DNA from: Octopus sinensis
Taxonomy: Eukaryota
Length of the DNA stretch: 64,000 bases
Reading direction: 5' to 3'
NCBI RefSeq assembly: GCF_006345805.1
Contig: NC_043000.1
Location: 35,960,001-36,024,000, forward strand
The translations under genes and the position numbers were made by a program. The notes below the pieces were generated by a model, which saw only the letters and a list, made by a program, of their open reading frames with translations, ran no database searches and was not told the origin of the DNA. Shown here one piece after another: positions 1-16,342 of the stretch (the stretch's first letter is position 1; each line of letters opens with the position of its first letter).

Positions 1-1017
1 CGCAATACTGTGGCGATCCTAGAGAACCGCCACTTCTGTCTATACGACATCATACTGCGTTTGTGAAAGTACGAAAATGGCCGCAGTTCATTGTCGCCAC
101 TGTTTGGAATACACCAAATGACCAATATTAGATTGGTTGAGTCTTAATGGAAGACCTGTCAGTCGCGCATCACTCAGTTATACTCACAAAAGATTAACGA
201 GTATTTGAATTTGGAGTTTATCATTTCCACAACATTTGTTTTTGTAACTATAACTAAGAATCCATCAGCCTAGTGATCTCGTTGAGCCCTCTGTCACCAA
301 CACGAGATTTTCTGTCCATCTACACTAGTTTTCTCTTCCGATTGTCTCCTCTTCTTGTTGTTTTCCAAGCGCAGTGGACAAAGAACACTTAGAACAAGGA
401 AGTTGAGAAGAAAATATTTCAATCCTAGACTAATGCTAGCTTTTATTTTTAAGTGAGAAACAGCTGCATCGTCGTCAGACTCTCTCTGTCGCTCTCACAC
501 ATTACGTTCAGTGGATTGATAAAGTCTTGACAATTTGAACAAGAATGCCAAAATGGTTTCTGGGTTCTTGGTGTGAGTCAAGATTATAAAACATCATTCG
601 AGTTGCTTACACTGCGTCATGGATTCCAACACAGCATGATGCTTTGTCACCACCTGGTCTGCTGCTTCTAACTTTGGAGATGTGGAGATAAAGATTACTT
701 GTTTCCTTCCTGCCACATTTGAATGAAATACAGAAAATTAATTTGCATATATACACTTTATTAGAGAGGCACTGAATCCCCTCCTCCAAACTCATCTACA
801 TTCGTCAGATTGATTTTTATCCTGTAGGCATCTACAATGGCAGTCCTCATCAGGTAATTTCTTTTGCCCCCGACGACGGTGAGCAGTTACCTTATTTTTT
901 TTCCATAGCTGGCAGCACTAGAGAGCACGTGGTGATATGTAACATCGGGTTTGAAATCTCAGTGCCAAACCAATTAGCTAGATCGGTCGTAATGCGTCTA
1001 TAACACGGTATACATTG

Positions 1018-1077
<60 letters not shown>

Positions 1078-1136
1078 TATTGGCGAATTGAAGAAATGGA
1101 GCTGAACGCAGATTGAACAGAAATCGTTTTATTTCA

Positions 1137-1216
1137 TTCTACACGTGTTTCGAAAGGCACAAATTACCAAAATCCGATTGAATAATGGGACCATATTGTG
1201 TCTTTCTCTTCAGGAA
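1137..1216 (-). ncRNA. Minimal type I hammerhead ribozyme, canonical core
   Basis: Minus strand reads TTC-CTGAAGA-GAAAGACACAA...TTGTGCCTTTC-GAAA-CACGTG-T-A-GAA: stem I TTC/GAA, core CUGAAGA, 11-bp stem II with one mismatch, GAAA, palindromic stem III, GUA cleavage triplet. Confidence 0.8.
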
Positions 1217-1708
1217 GAAAAAGGAAATCCGCTGGAAAAACAAAAACAGAACAGAGGCGGAGCAAAAACAAATCGAACTATGCTCCTAAGAGCCCATGGC
1301 GAAACTGTTTATCAGTGTATGTTGAGAACCGGTGGCTGAAGAATTCAACGGGTCAGGCATCGGTCAATCATGTGGGTGAGGGTGTATAGATGTTCTTTGT
1401 GACCGAGAATAAAGTTCTGACTATTTAAGGAATATTGGATGTTTTATAAGGGGCGCCTTATAAAACATCGCCCCTTATAAAACATCCAATATTCCTTAAA
1501 TAGTCAGAACTTTATTCTCGGTCACAAAGAACATCTATACACCCTCACCCACATGATTGACCGATGCCTGACCCGTTGAATTCTTCAGCCACCGGTTCTC
1601 AACATACACTGATAAACAGTTTCGCCATGGGCTCTTAGGAGCATAGTTCGATTTGTTTTTGCTCCGCCTCTGTTCTGTTTTTGTTTTTCCAACGGATTTC
1701 CTTTTTTC

Positions 1709-1788
1709 TTCCTGAAGAGAAAGACACAATATGGTCCCATTATTCAATCGGATTTTGGTAATTTGTGCCTTTCGTAACACGTGTAGAA
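1709..1788 (+). ncRNA. Hammerhead ribozyme copy with core mutation (GAAA to GTAA), probably inactive
   Basis: Mirror copy of 1137-1216; reads TTTC-GTAA-CACGTG-TA at 1770-1785. Confidence 0.7.
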
Positions 1789-2170
1789 TGAAATAAAACG
1801 ATTTCTGTTCAATCTGCGTTCAGCTCCATTTCTTCAATTCGCCAATAATGTTTTAATTTCAATTATCCGCACCAACGCACGGTTGCAACGCCAGATGGTT
1901 GTACCTCCAACCGTGCTGTTTACTGCTGTGATTTTTGCTACTAAGGTATCGGTTAAACTTTTGATTAATCTACTACAAGATTATTCATCTTTCTATTTCA
2001 CATAATATATATATATATATATATATATATGTGGTGTGTGTGTGTGTGTGTGTGTGTGTTGTGTGTGTGTGTGTGTGTGTTTGTGTGTGTGTGTGCGTGT
2101 GTGCGTGTGTGTGTGCGCGCGCGCTCAGACATGTGTAGATACATACACATGCACACACATATCATATATA

Positions 2171-2212
<42 letters not shown>

Positions 2213-2379
2213 TATATATATATAATATATTATATATATAAATGTATGTGTTTTTTCCAGTGTTTACAGTTACTAGGGCAGCAAAACTTCACACAAGTAA
2301 CAAGAATGTTAACAGCCTATTTATAAAGGCAGAAACTCCAGGTTTAGGTGAAATATTTTGTATCATATAGATAAATAAA

Positions 2380-3630
2380 TTTATTAACGATATTAACAAA
2401 TTTAATTTTATTTCGAATAACAACACCAAATCAAGTAATGCATTTCTGCATCGTAAGGGAGATAACCGTTATTTAATACCCTTTTTTCGTTATAAAGATA
2501 CATCGAGGACTTTTAAGGATAATTACCCTAATAACAATAATTGCCCTAATATGTATTAGTAAAACTGTTTGGTTAATAATTCCATATGGTAAGCAGATCA
2601 AATCCAACCCCCCCCTTACCAGTTTCGAGAAGCTATAGAAAAGAATTTCCCAAGAAATTCAAGATATTCGATTATTAATTCACACCGAATCAGGGTAGGT
2701 TATTCTAACACAAAAAATCTTTCGCAAATCATCTCTTCGCATAACAATAAGTTGTTAAATACAAATCCACTTAATGAAAATATTAACTTTGATATTGTTA
2801 ACACTAACCATTCTTTAAATAATATTAACAGCGGGGTTAGTGTTCATGAAGTCGACTCCAATTGCATTCGTTTTCTTAGCGGTAAATCCAAGACTAAAAA
2901 CTCTATCAATGTAAAATTACTTCCGGTTCTGGCGGTAGTTCTTCATCTCAGTTGTGCAAAAGAATATCGAATCATTACTGTACATTTAGGAATATTAATA
3001 AACGTAAAAATACTGGTATCTAGAGGATCATAATAAACCATTAGATTTGGAATGGAATATTCTCTCTATTTCTTTACCTTATGACAAAAGTAAATCTGCT
3101 TGCTCCCTTTGTAATAGTGAAATGTTTTTATCCTATTCTCAAGGAATTCTCTTGTAAACACGTTTATAGAACGCATTTATCGTTGCGAACATTGGCAGAA
3201 ACATACGTTCAGTTCCTATAAGTGATTTCTACCATTCTATAAAATTCGACCTTTGACTATCTTCTTACGTTGCACTTCCGCTAAATATATCTACTTCCAT
3301 GCCTTTAAGCTTTATTCCTATTCACCTATCGCTCTATATCTCTCCACTTTTACTTTTCTGCTAATTTCTTTCTTTCTCCACCTTCTCTTTCTATAAACTT
3401 CCTTTGACGTTATGACTGATAACAGTTTACAAAACTTGATAGCGTTCCCTTCATCATATACGCAGTCATCACATTCTGTTAAAATGTCTTATTGATGTGT
3501 TTGGTTACTTTCTTTATCTGATGAGAAGATTGCATTGTTTTACACCATTTTATTCCTTCTGGAATAATACCAAGGTTTTCTTCGAAACATATATCGGAGG
3601 TAAAAGAATTTGAATAACACCTGCGTTTAA
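2380..3630 (+). pseudogene. Decayed 3' part of a Penelope-like retroelement (post-RT region, GIY-YIG, C-terminal CxxC), with 3' UTR
   Basis: Manual translation across frameshifts: KTVWLIIPYGKQIKSN...FREAIEKNFPRNS...IINSHRIRVGYSNTKNLSQIISSHNNKLL, then CKRISNHYCTFRN, then EWNILSISLPYDKSKSACSLCNSE...LVNTFIE...CEHWQKH. These match the PLE motifs WFNPPY/KHFP/YS..NM..II..HN and PY....C.LC..E as I recall them. Confidence 0.75.
3512..3606 (+). ncRNA. Hammerhead-like motif at the 3' end of the PLE relic
   Basis: CTGATGA (3518-3524), stem II GAAGA/TCTTC enclosing ~50 nt, GAAAC...GTA (3584-3602); stem I weak. Confidence 0.55.
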
Positions 3631-3640
3631 CACCATTTAT

Positions 3641-3712
<72 letters not shown>

Positions 3713-3924
3713 ATATCCAAGAGGTTCAGGATGTGCTACAAACCTAGAATTCCTAGAAATGAAAATGAGAGTCACTTACAGATATTAGACTCTATACTAA
3801 TCGTAGTAAATCTTACAACTATATAATATACAATACTAAGCACACTTAAATTATCGTTAGCGCACACAGTACTCATTACTTACCTATCCACATACTTTAC
3901 ATACCTGCACACACACACACACAT

Positions 3925-3976
<52 letters not shown>

Positions 3977-4180
3977 TTACACACACACACACACACATAT
4001 ATATATACATACATACTGCATATGTATATATAACCGCCCTTTTTTTTAACTCTCTGTCTGTGTATCTATATACTTATATACCTATGCGTGTATGTCTCTT
4101 TCTCTCTCTCTCTTTGTATATATACACACACACACTCACATGTATATATATATATATATATGTGTGTGTATGTATGTATG

Positions 4181-4224
<44 letters not shown>

Positions 4225-4470
4225 CTTGTATAAGTGAATAGTTTTGCTTGTCGGTTGTTCAATGCGCATTCACACAGTTGATTTAATGGGCCAGTTACGC
4301 AATTTATTTAAGCACTGTCTACTAAACATCCACCATGAATGCAGCAAATTCGTAAAAGCTAAAACAGCGGGGTGGGGTGTGTACTTAACTCAGTCTACGT
4401 TGGTAACAGCATGTCTAGCAGCCATCACTTACTCGTCTGGCGAATTCTTAATATTTATGATCCTTACAAA

Positions 4471-4503
<33 letters not shown>

Positions 4504-4588
4504 ACACACACACACATACACGCGCGCATTATCAGTGGAGCGTTGACCTGGTCGTTTGGCTGGCTAGAAATAGCAAGTAAATCTCTCT

Positions 4589-5118
<530 letters not shown>

Positions 5119-5313
5119 AATAAAAATATAAACGACACACACACACGCGCGCGCACAAACACACACACACACGCGCACACACACACATACGTACACATAC
5201 GCACGCATACGCACACACACGCTCACATACACACACACAGAGACACACGCGTACACACACATCCGCGCACGCACGCACGCAGCTACCCTCACCCACACAC
5301 GCACGCACACACG

Positions 5314-5352
<39 letters not shown>

Positions 5353-5696
5353 ACACATACATAAATTCTGTATCTACATATGTATAGAGTATTTGAAATG
5401 GTGTACAGATATTGCATATTCTTTTCTACTCTAGTCCCGAAATTTCTAGGGAGGGGGCTTGTCGAGTAGATCGATCCCAGTAGGAGCCGACGTTACTACC
5501 AGGAGGACGCCTCCTTTGCTGGTTGTTCGATGCAGTCCACAACCGATATATCATATAAAGCCGGCGTGAGTGACCCCCTGCCTTCTCCCAGCCACGACAT
5601 CACCAGACCGAGCCGTTTCGAGCTATTTCTGCTCATCCTCGGTGTTTGATATTCGCCTTCTAGAGCAGTAATTCACTCCAGCTCGCACGGAACACA

Positions 5697-5775
5697 TAGC
5701 CTTTCATCCTTTCGGGGTCGATAAATTAAGTACCAGTTGCGTACTGGGGTCGATCTAATCGACTAGTCCCCTCCC
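5697..5775 (+). mobile_element. SINE family B fragment
   Basis: GCCTTTCATCCTTTCGGGGTCGATAAATTAAGTACCAGTT is identical to the family B core at 8729-8965. Confidence 0.8.
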
Positions 5776-6162
5776 CACTATGCTCTGTCAACTCTCTCCT
5801 GCCCTTTTCTAAGAGACACAATCTTTAGTCTTAGATTTGGAAATTGATAAACAAGACTAATAAATTAAAACTGAACAAAAATCCGTTTCAAGCTACAACC
5901 CCAACAAATTTTTGTCCTGATGTCTTAGAAACTTCTAAGCTGAAGTGCTGGCAGCATCGTCTTTGTCTGTCTTCTTACTCTATTAGAGTATTTAAGTAAA
6001 TTTATATTAATGTGTCTGAATGATTAAGAAATGATATCTATTTATTTAAGCAGCTGAGGATAGCCCTGCATTTAAATTGATGTAATGATTGCATTGTTCA
6101 ATTAAATGGAGCCTCTTGAAACGGTCGTACTGTATCACCGCTGGATATCCTGTTGCTTATTT

Positions 6163-6206
<44 letters not shown>

Positions 6207-6502
6207 AACTAAAATCATTGAACAAGCAAATACAAAGTCAACCGCATGTCATTTCATAATTCGAACATTTAATTATAGAATAAACATATAACCCGCAAGA
6301 TGGAACAAAATTCATATGTACAGCACGTAATAATAATAATATGGTATGGTGCGAGAAAAATTCTTATCATTAAAACTTAGAATTAATATTCTAGCGATTC
6401 AAAGAGAATACATTTATAAAAGGACGTAGAAAGTAAAATATAATATAAGTAATATATAAAAATATATAGTTATAAAAATATATAAAATATATAGAGAGAT
6501 AT

Positions 6503-6905
6503 GGCGCAGGAGTGGCTGTGTGGTAAGTAGCTTGCTAACCAACCACATGGTTCCGGGTTCAGTCCCACTGCGTGGCATCTTGGGCAAGTGTCTTCTGCTA
6601 TAGCCCCGGGCCGACCAATGCCTTGTGAGTGGATTTGGTAGACGGAAACTGAAAGAAGCCTGTCGTATATATGTATATATATATATATAAGTGTGTGTGT
6701 ATATGTTTGTGTGTCTGTGTTTGTCCCCCTAGCATTGCTTGACAACCGATGCTGGTGTGTTTACGTCCCCGTCACTTAGCGGTTCGGCAAATGAGACCGA
6801 TAGAATAAGTACTGGGCTTACAAAGAATAAGTCCCGGTGTCGATTTGCTCGACTAAGGCGGTGCTCCAGCATGGCCGCAGTCAAAATGACTGAAACAAGT
6901 AAAGA
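6503..6905 (+). mobile_element. tRNA-derived SINE family A, full-length copy
   Basis: A-box-like TGGCTGTGTGG, B-box-like GGTTCAGTCC, central TA/TG microsatellite, conserved tail ending GACTGAAACAAGTAAA; many homologs in the window. Confidence 0.85.
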
Positions 6906-7839
6906 GAAAGAGGTATATAAAAATATATAAGCATATAAAAATATATAAAACATATATAAATATATATACATATAGGAGCATATAAAAAATATAATATATA
7001 TATATATATATCGTGTAAATAAAGTAAAATAATGTTCATCGTTTAGAAATCTTAATCAGGTAAAATAAGCCTTATATATAAGAAGGAAATCATGTTTACT
7101 TATCCCTATGGCCATTTCAGGGGTGTATTATGTTTAAAGCACTAGGGTGCATTTCAATAATACCTCCTTCGTCAGGGGAAAAAAAATATATATAAACGCA
7201 AAGATAGCCATCACGCACCATATATATATGTATGCATTAAAAAAGTAACTGTATATATCTCCTTAACCCATACGTACAAACACACACACACACACACACT
7301 CACACACACACAAACACACATACATATATAAAATACTCATGTGTGACTATATGTATTTCAGGGTATACATACACATATCCATAAAAGTATGTAGACATTT
7401 ATGTATCATTCACACGTGGCCATAAAGATAATCATGTGTGTCTTGCTGTGTGCGCACTAGCTTTTACATGTAACAGTGTGTATATACATGTGTATATAGA
7501 TGTGTATATAGATGTGCGTACAGGTTCAGTACTCAAGCACCGGTATCGAACATGGCGCCTATCCAATAAACACTTGTTATATATACATACGGTGTCTATT
7601 AAACTGACAGTGTTTCGTTGCTGTATGATGTATACTCTTACTGTCTATTAAATTCTCTACTGCAGGAGATATATACATCGGTCATCTTATGAATTGTCAG
7701 TGTATTTCTCCGTTGTACGAGAGATAAATATGGCTGACGCTTGTTGTTTATGTTTTGTCAATAAAATGGCTGCCAAAGCAGCGCTGTATAACATCGCCTT
7801 TCCTTTTCTAATAGGGTGCAGTTGTTCCTGTTGGTTTAC

Positions 7840-7875
<36 letters not shown>

Positions 7876-7895
7876 AATAGAGGGAGAGAGAGAAT

Positions 7896-7931
<36 letters not shown>

Positions 7932-8151
7932 GTGAGAAAGGTAAGGCTGGAGCAGCTGAAAACTTCTAAGTGTAAGAAATACAATCATTTTCATCATTTC
8001 TATTCAAACACTCCCACTTCTCACCACAGTAACAACAGCATGAGTAGTAGTAGTAGTAGTCGTCGTCGTCGTCGTCGTCGTCGTAGTAGTATAGTAGTAG
8101 TAGTATAGTAGTAGTAGTAGTAGTAATCGTTTCTACTACAGAGTGAACGCG

Positions 8152-8295
8152 AGTAGATTGCATCGATTCCCTTGCTCGACTGGTAAAGATGACCCTGGAG
8201 GAGATTTGAACTCAGAACATAAAGAGTAAAAAGAACATACAGACCATAAAAAGCATTTTATCCGGTTTGCTAAGAATTTTGCCAGCTCACCGCTT
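8152..8295 (-). mobile_element. SINE family B, degenerate
   Basis: Reverse complement of TTCTGAGTTCAAAT and of the GCTGGCAAAA head. Confidence 0.55.
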
Positions 8296-8302
8296 TCAAA
8301 AA

Positions 8303-8620
8303 AGGTGACCCCTTCGGTCATGACTGACCATGGGATTGCACTTAGAAAGTTACCCTCCAAGGCACAAGTCTGGGCAAGGTTGTTTATGGAAGACCAGCAG
8401 TCGCCCATGCATACCCGCCTCGCCTCTCCTCACCATTGATGTTATCCAAGGGAAAGGCAAAGGGGCCGATACAGCTTGGCACCAGTGACGTCAAAACGCA
8501 TTTCTACAGCAACGTGAAATACAGTGTCTTGCTCAAGAACACAGCACGCAGCTCAGTCCGGGAATCGAGCTCGCAACCTCACGATCATAAGCTCTAACCA
8601 CTGAGCCATGCGACTTCATC
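8303..8620 (-). mobile_element. tRNA-derived SINE (third family)
   Basis: Minus strand head TGGCTCAGTGGTTAGAG (A box), GAGCTCGATTCC (B-box-like), then the conserved central motif TGTTCTTGAGCAAGACAC. Confidence 0.75.
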
Positions 8621-8728
8621 GCCTTAACAACGTGAGTAATAATGATATTTTAAAAATATTACATACAACTATAAACAAATACAGAAAAATATAAAAGAAA
8701 TGTCAAACATATTTTCTGAGATTGACAA

Positions 8729-8965
8729 GGCGCCGAGCTGGCAGAAACGTTAGCACGCCGGGCGAAATGCGTAGCCGTATTCCGTCTGCCGTTACGTTCT
8801 GAGTTCAAATTCCGCCGAGGTCGACTTTGCCTTTCATCCTTTCGGGGTCGATAAATTAAGTACCAGTTACACACTGGGGTCGATGTAATCGACTTAATCC
8901 CTTTGTCTGTCCTTGTTTGTGCTCTCTGTGTTTAGCCCCTTGTGGGTAGTAAAGAAATAGGTATT
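8729..8965 (+). mobile_element. SINE family B, full copy
   Basis: GGCGCCGAGCTGGCAGAAACGTTAGC...GAGTTCAAATTCCGCCGAGGTCGACTTTGCC...; homologs at 45079, 51849, 52803, 54280 and 57968. Confidence 0.85.
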
Positions 8966-10528
8966 TTCTGAGTGAAATTGGCAGAGGTAAATTCGTGTAA
9001 AACTGAAGACCGTCCCTCAGTTTTCATAAAACTCATCGCCCTTTAATCTCACAACGAATTTAAGTACAGTTTGAAGAAAATGAGAGGATTTTATTGGAAA
9101 CGAAAATAGCTAAATTCGCGATTTCAAACTGAAACCTAGAAATGTATTCCTAGGTGTTCGAGACATTGCCACACTGCAATATTTAAACATTGATAGTGAC
9201 ACAACCATACATTAAAATTGGGGACGAAAAAAGAGAAATGGCAAGGAGGTGTTGTATCATTAACAAATGTGCAATAAATAATTAAATAAGTATAAAATTA
9301 ATTGAGATAATAAATGGTAACAAAACCAGACTTGCTCTCTGGAGGTACATTCCTGCAGCCATATTGTTTTTCTCAATGAATAAACAAATAAAATTAAAAA
9401 ATCTCCGTTTAAATGAAAATTTGACGGAAAATACCAACACTGACCTTTGTTTGTGACTTGACATTTGAAAGAAAACAGAGAGAAGTTAATATTTTGATAT
9501 GATTATTTATTTATTTACTTCTTTTTTCATTCATATATTTATTTGTTTATTCATTTTCGAAATGACGGGAAAAACTCCCACGAGAGAAAGAAAACGGCAA
9601 ACGAATAATTTATCATTCAATTTTATTAATTTCACCTGTTTCAGTCATGCTGGCATGCAGAAACACCGACTTTTTTTTTGTCAGGCAAATGGACCCTATT
9701 AGTGCTTTTGTCGAAGTCTGGTATTTGATTTATCTGAGACACGAAGTTCTGGGAACGCAAACAAACCATCACCAGTTGCCCAGCGGTGTATGCGGGATAA
9801 ACACTGACACGAAGACACATAAATGTAGGCATTAAATAATTGTATACAGATATGGATATCGAAGCCTAAACTGCTGAGGTAGAAGACCCTTGCCCAACGT
9901 GTGGCGCGGTGGGACCGAACCCGAAATAGAGAGTTTCTTAACTACACTGTAACACCCGCATCTTTTATACATAAAAGCATTTTGAAGAAAAAGGGCCAAA
10001 AAAAAAAAAAAAGGAAAAGCGAAAGTAAAAGTGATTTGCACTTCAAAGAGTGAATTTGTGTGTAAGCCTGTGTGTTATGTGTGTTATGTGTGTTATGTTT
10101 GTGTGTATGTTCGTGTGTATATGTGTGTGGTCTTTTTGTTTGTTTGTGTGTGTGTATGCGTGTGTGATTGTTTTTTATTCCGATGTTCTCATTTCCTTTT
10201 AGAAATATATCCGACAATAGCAAATACCACAAACACACCTAACATACAATATTAGTATTGCAACCGGAAGTACTTGATGAACTTTAACCAGTCTAAGCAG
10301 TTTTCTGCGTTGACTCTTTTCACCGTTTAGTGTTTGTTTTAACTTAATAGATCGGGTTTCAAAACGAGTTATTAGCAGAAAATAAAAACAAATGTAACAA
10401 ACGGTGAAGTTTAAAATCAATGGAAATTTCATTTGTGTCAATCCAACCTTCTGGGATGCAAATTTTAATCTTTGAATATCGATCAATTCCTATCGCTACA
10501 TATCAGTTCACATTTATAGGATACCATT

Positions 10529-10580
<52 letters not shown>

Positions 10581-11711
10581 TTACACACGTGTATACGTTA
10601 AGCACACATACATATACAGTTAAAAGGTTTGAGAACACACACGGGTGTATGCGTGCGAATGCGGGTGTGTTAATGTAGAATAAAAGCATGCATCATCATC
10701 GTCTTCTTTCCCTCCTCCTCCCTCTCTTCTTCTTCTTTCTTCTTCTTCTTCTTCTTCTTTCCTTCTTCTTCTTCTTCTTCTTCTTCTTCTTCTTCTTCCT
10801 CCCTATCGCCGCTTACTCTTCTTCTCCCCTCATCTCATCTTCCTCTTCCTCTTCTTTTTCTGGTTTCTCTTTCTCTTTTCTCTTCCGCCTCCTTTTCCTT
10901 CCTCTTCTCTCTAAAGGTTTCGTGTTGTTAACTTGACGCTACAACACTTCAGTGAATTAAAAGGGGGGAAAAACAGATGACATCTTTGAACAATGTCCTG
11001 AACAGTCACACGTCATTCACAGTCACGTGGACAATCACGTGTACCGGTCGTGTGCACCATAATGTCAAATACTGTCCATACAGCACGTATCAAAGTGATG
11101 GTACTTTAAATACCAGGGGGAGAATTTTAGAATTGTACGTTGCTTATATTTGAGTTGCGAAGGATAATAAAGATCTCTGGTAAGACAAGGATTGCAGTCC
11201 TTAGGCCTGTTTCTAAACCAAAATTGTTAATAAATACTGGAATTTTTTCCTTGATATTCAAATGTATTTTGGGAGTGTTGTGCTAATTTCAAATTATTGA
11301 TAACGAAATGAAAGAATAAATGTTTTGCGAGTTCACATACAGTTCATACTTTGTGTTCAACAACCGTTTCGTTAAGGTAAACGTTATGAAATGTTATTTA
11401 ACAATTTATAATTACATAATTGTTTATAAAGAAATGACCTGTAGATCATGCGCAGATGGGTTGATAACTTTTCACTACAGTAAGGATTTTAAATAAATCA
11501 ACAGGAAAAGGAAGATACTCATATATAGCAAAACAATTATATTATGTAACTATAGATATCAAACTGCAATAAGTGTGTGTGTGTGATATGGGGATGTCGT
11601 TAGGAAGCTTGTCTTGAATTCGCACCAATCTGGTTTCAGTCCCACTGCAAGGCATCTAATACAACAAAGTTTTATTAATGAACACTGCACGGAAGACTGT
11701 CGCATATACGT

Positions 11712-11787
<76 letters not shown>

Positions 11788-11801
11788 TATATATATATAA
11801 A

Positions 11802-12090
11802 GTTAATCCAAACAAGAAAACACAGAAAAAAAGAGAAAAAAACACAGCAACGCGAGGACGTGGAACAATTAAAGTATTATTGAGGCTCAGGAAAGAAGGG
11901 AAGGAGGGTTTAACGTTTCGAGCGGAGCTCTTCGTCGGAAACAAGAGAAGGAAAGATCCCAAGAAGGGAAGACAGAGGAAAAAATATTTTTGCTGGTGGT
12001 GCTCAAGAGATCATATATAAATACCTTGGCTTCTTTGCCTAGCCAGTGGGGTGGCGTTATTCGAAAGCTAAAACGATGCGAAGCGATGTA
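11802..12090 (-). mobile_element. PLE-terminus-like short repeat with hammerhead-like motif (motif 11908-11942)
   Basis: Homologous to 50413-50625 and to the tail at 36270-36306; minus strand GTTT-CCGACGA-A-GAGC-TCC-GCTC-GAAA-CG-T-T-AAAC. Confidence 0.7.
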
Positions 12091-12097
12091 TAACCAC

Positions 12098-15603
<3,506 letters not shown>

Positions 15604-16342
15604 GGTGGTTTTCAGTGTAGTGTTGTCTAGTTCTTTGGCGCGTTTTATTCCATACTCTATAAGGGTGGAGGGATATTGACGTTGTAATAGTGTTTTTTTG
15701 AGGTCTTGAAGGCGTATTTCTCGTGTTTTTGGATCCGAGACAATGGTGCATACCCTTTTAGCTAAATTGAAAGGGATATTTGTCTTGGTGTGTTTTGGGT
15801 GGCATGAACTAAAGAGGAGGTATTGTTGTGAGTCTGTAGGTTTGTGGTAGATGTCTGTTATGATTTGGTTCTTAGGTGTTTTTATAATTAGGAGATCAAG
15901 GAATGGGAGATGATGTTTGCTTAATTCCATAGTGAATTGGATGTTGGGATGTATGTTGTTTAGTATGGTTTTGAATTCCAGGAGTTTTTCATAAGGTTCT
16001 TTCCATATGATGAAACAATCATCTAAATACCTTTTCCAGTTTTCCATTAGGTAGGTATGGAAAACATGTCCAAATTTCTGGCTTGATATTTCATAGAGTG
16101 ACAGTTCGAAGTAACCCATTATGAGGTTCGCAAGGACTGGTGCAGCCTTGGTACCCATCGCAATGCCACATTTTTGACGGTAGTGTGTGTCGTCGAAGAG
16201 AAAAAAATTGTTTGTCAGAATGAACTTAAGAGATTCTGTAATAAAAGACTTGTTAATGCGGTCAGGGAATGTCTCTGGGTGTTTTTCTAGCCAGAAGTCA
16301 ATTGCCTCTATACCATACTCGTGTGGAATGTTGGTGTAGAGG

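Larger units (their letters stand above)
1076..1849. repeat. 774 bp near-perfect palindrome (arms 1076-1455 and 1469-1849), PLE pLTR-like
   Basis: Left arm ATTATTGGCGAATTGAAG...ATAAGGGGCG is the reverse complement of right arm CGCCCCTTAT...CTTCAATTCGCCAATAAT, with only a few substitutions or indels. Mirror-image ORFs 1198+ and 1535- in the track. Each arm contains a hammerhead motif. Confidence 0.97.

Noticed and set aside
1283-1320. Second hammerhead-like motif in the small palindrome (CCTAAGA-GCC-CAT-GGC-GAAA-CTG...CAG-TG)
   Set aside because: Core lacks G5, the cleavage position would be G, and there is no stem I.
6503-6580. tRNA-like heads with A/B boxes (also ~8540-8620)
   Set aside because: They do not form full cloverleaves and continue into SINE bodies, so they are not tRNA genes.
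7720-7780. Two YY1-like AA.ATGGC motifs; a similar motif plus CCAAT near 75-140
   Set aside because: Short motifs without supporting context; expected by chance.
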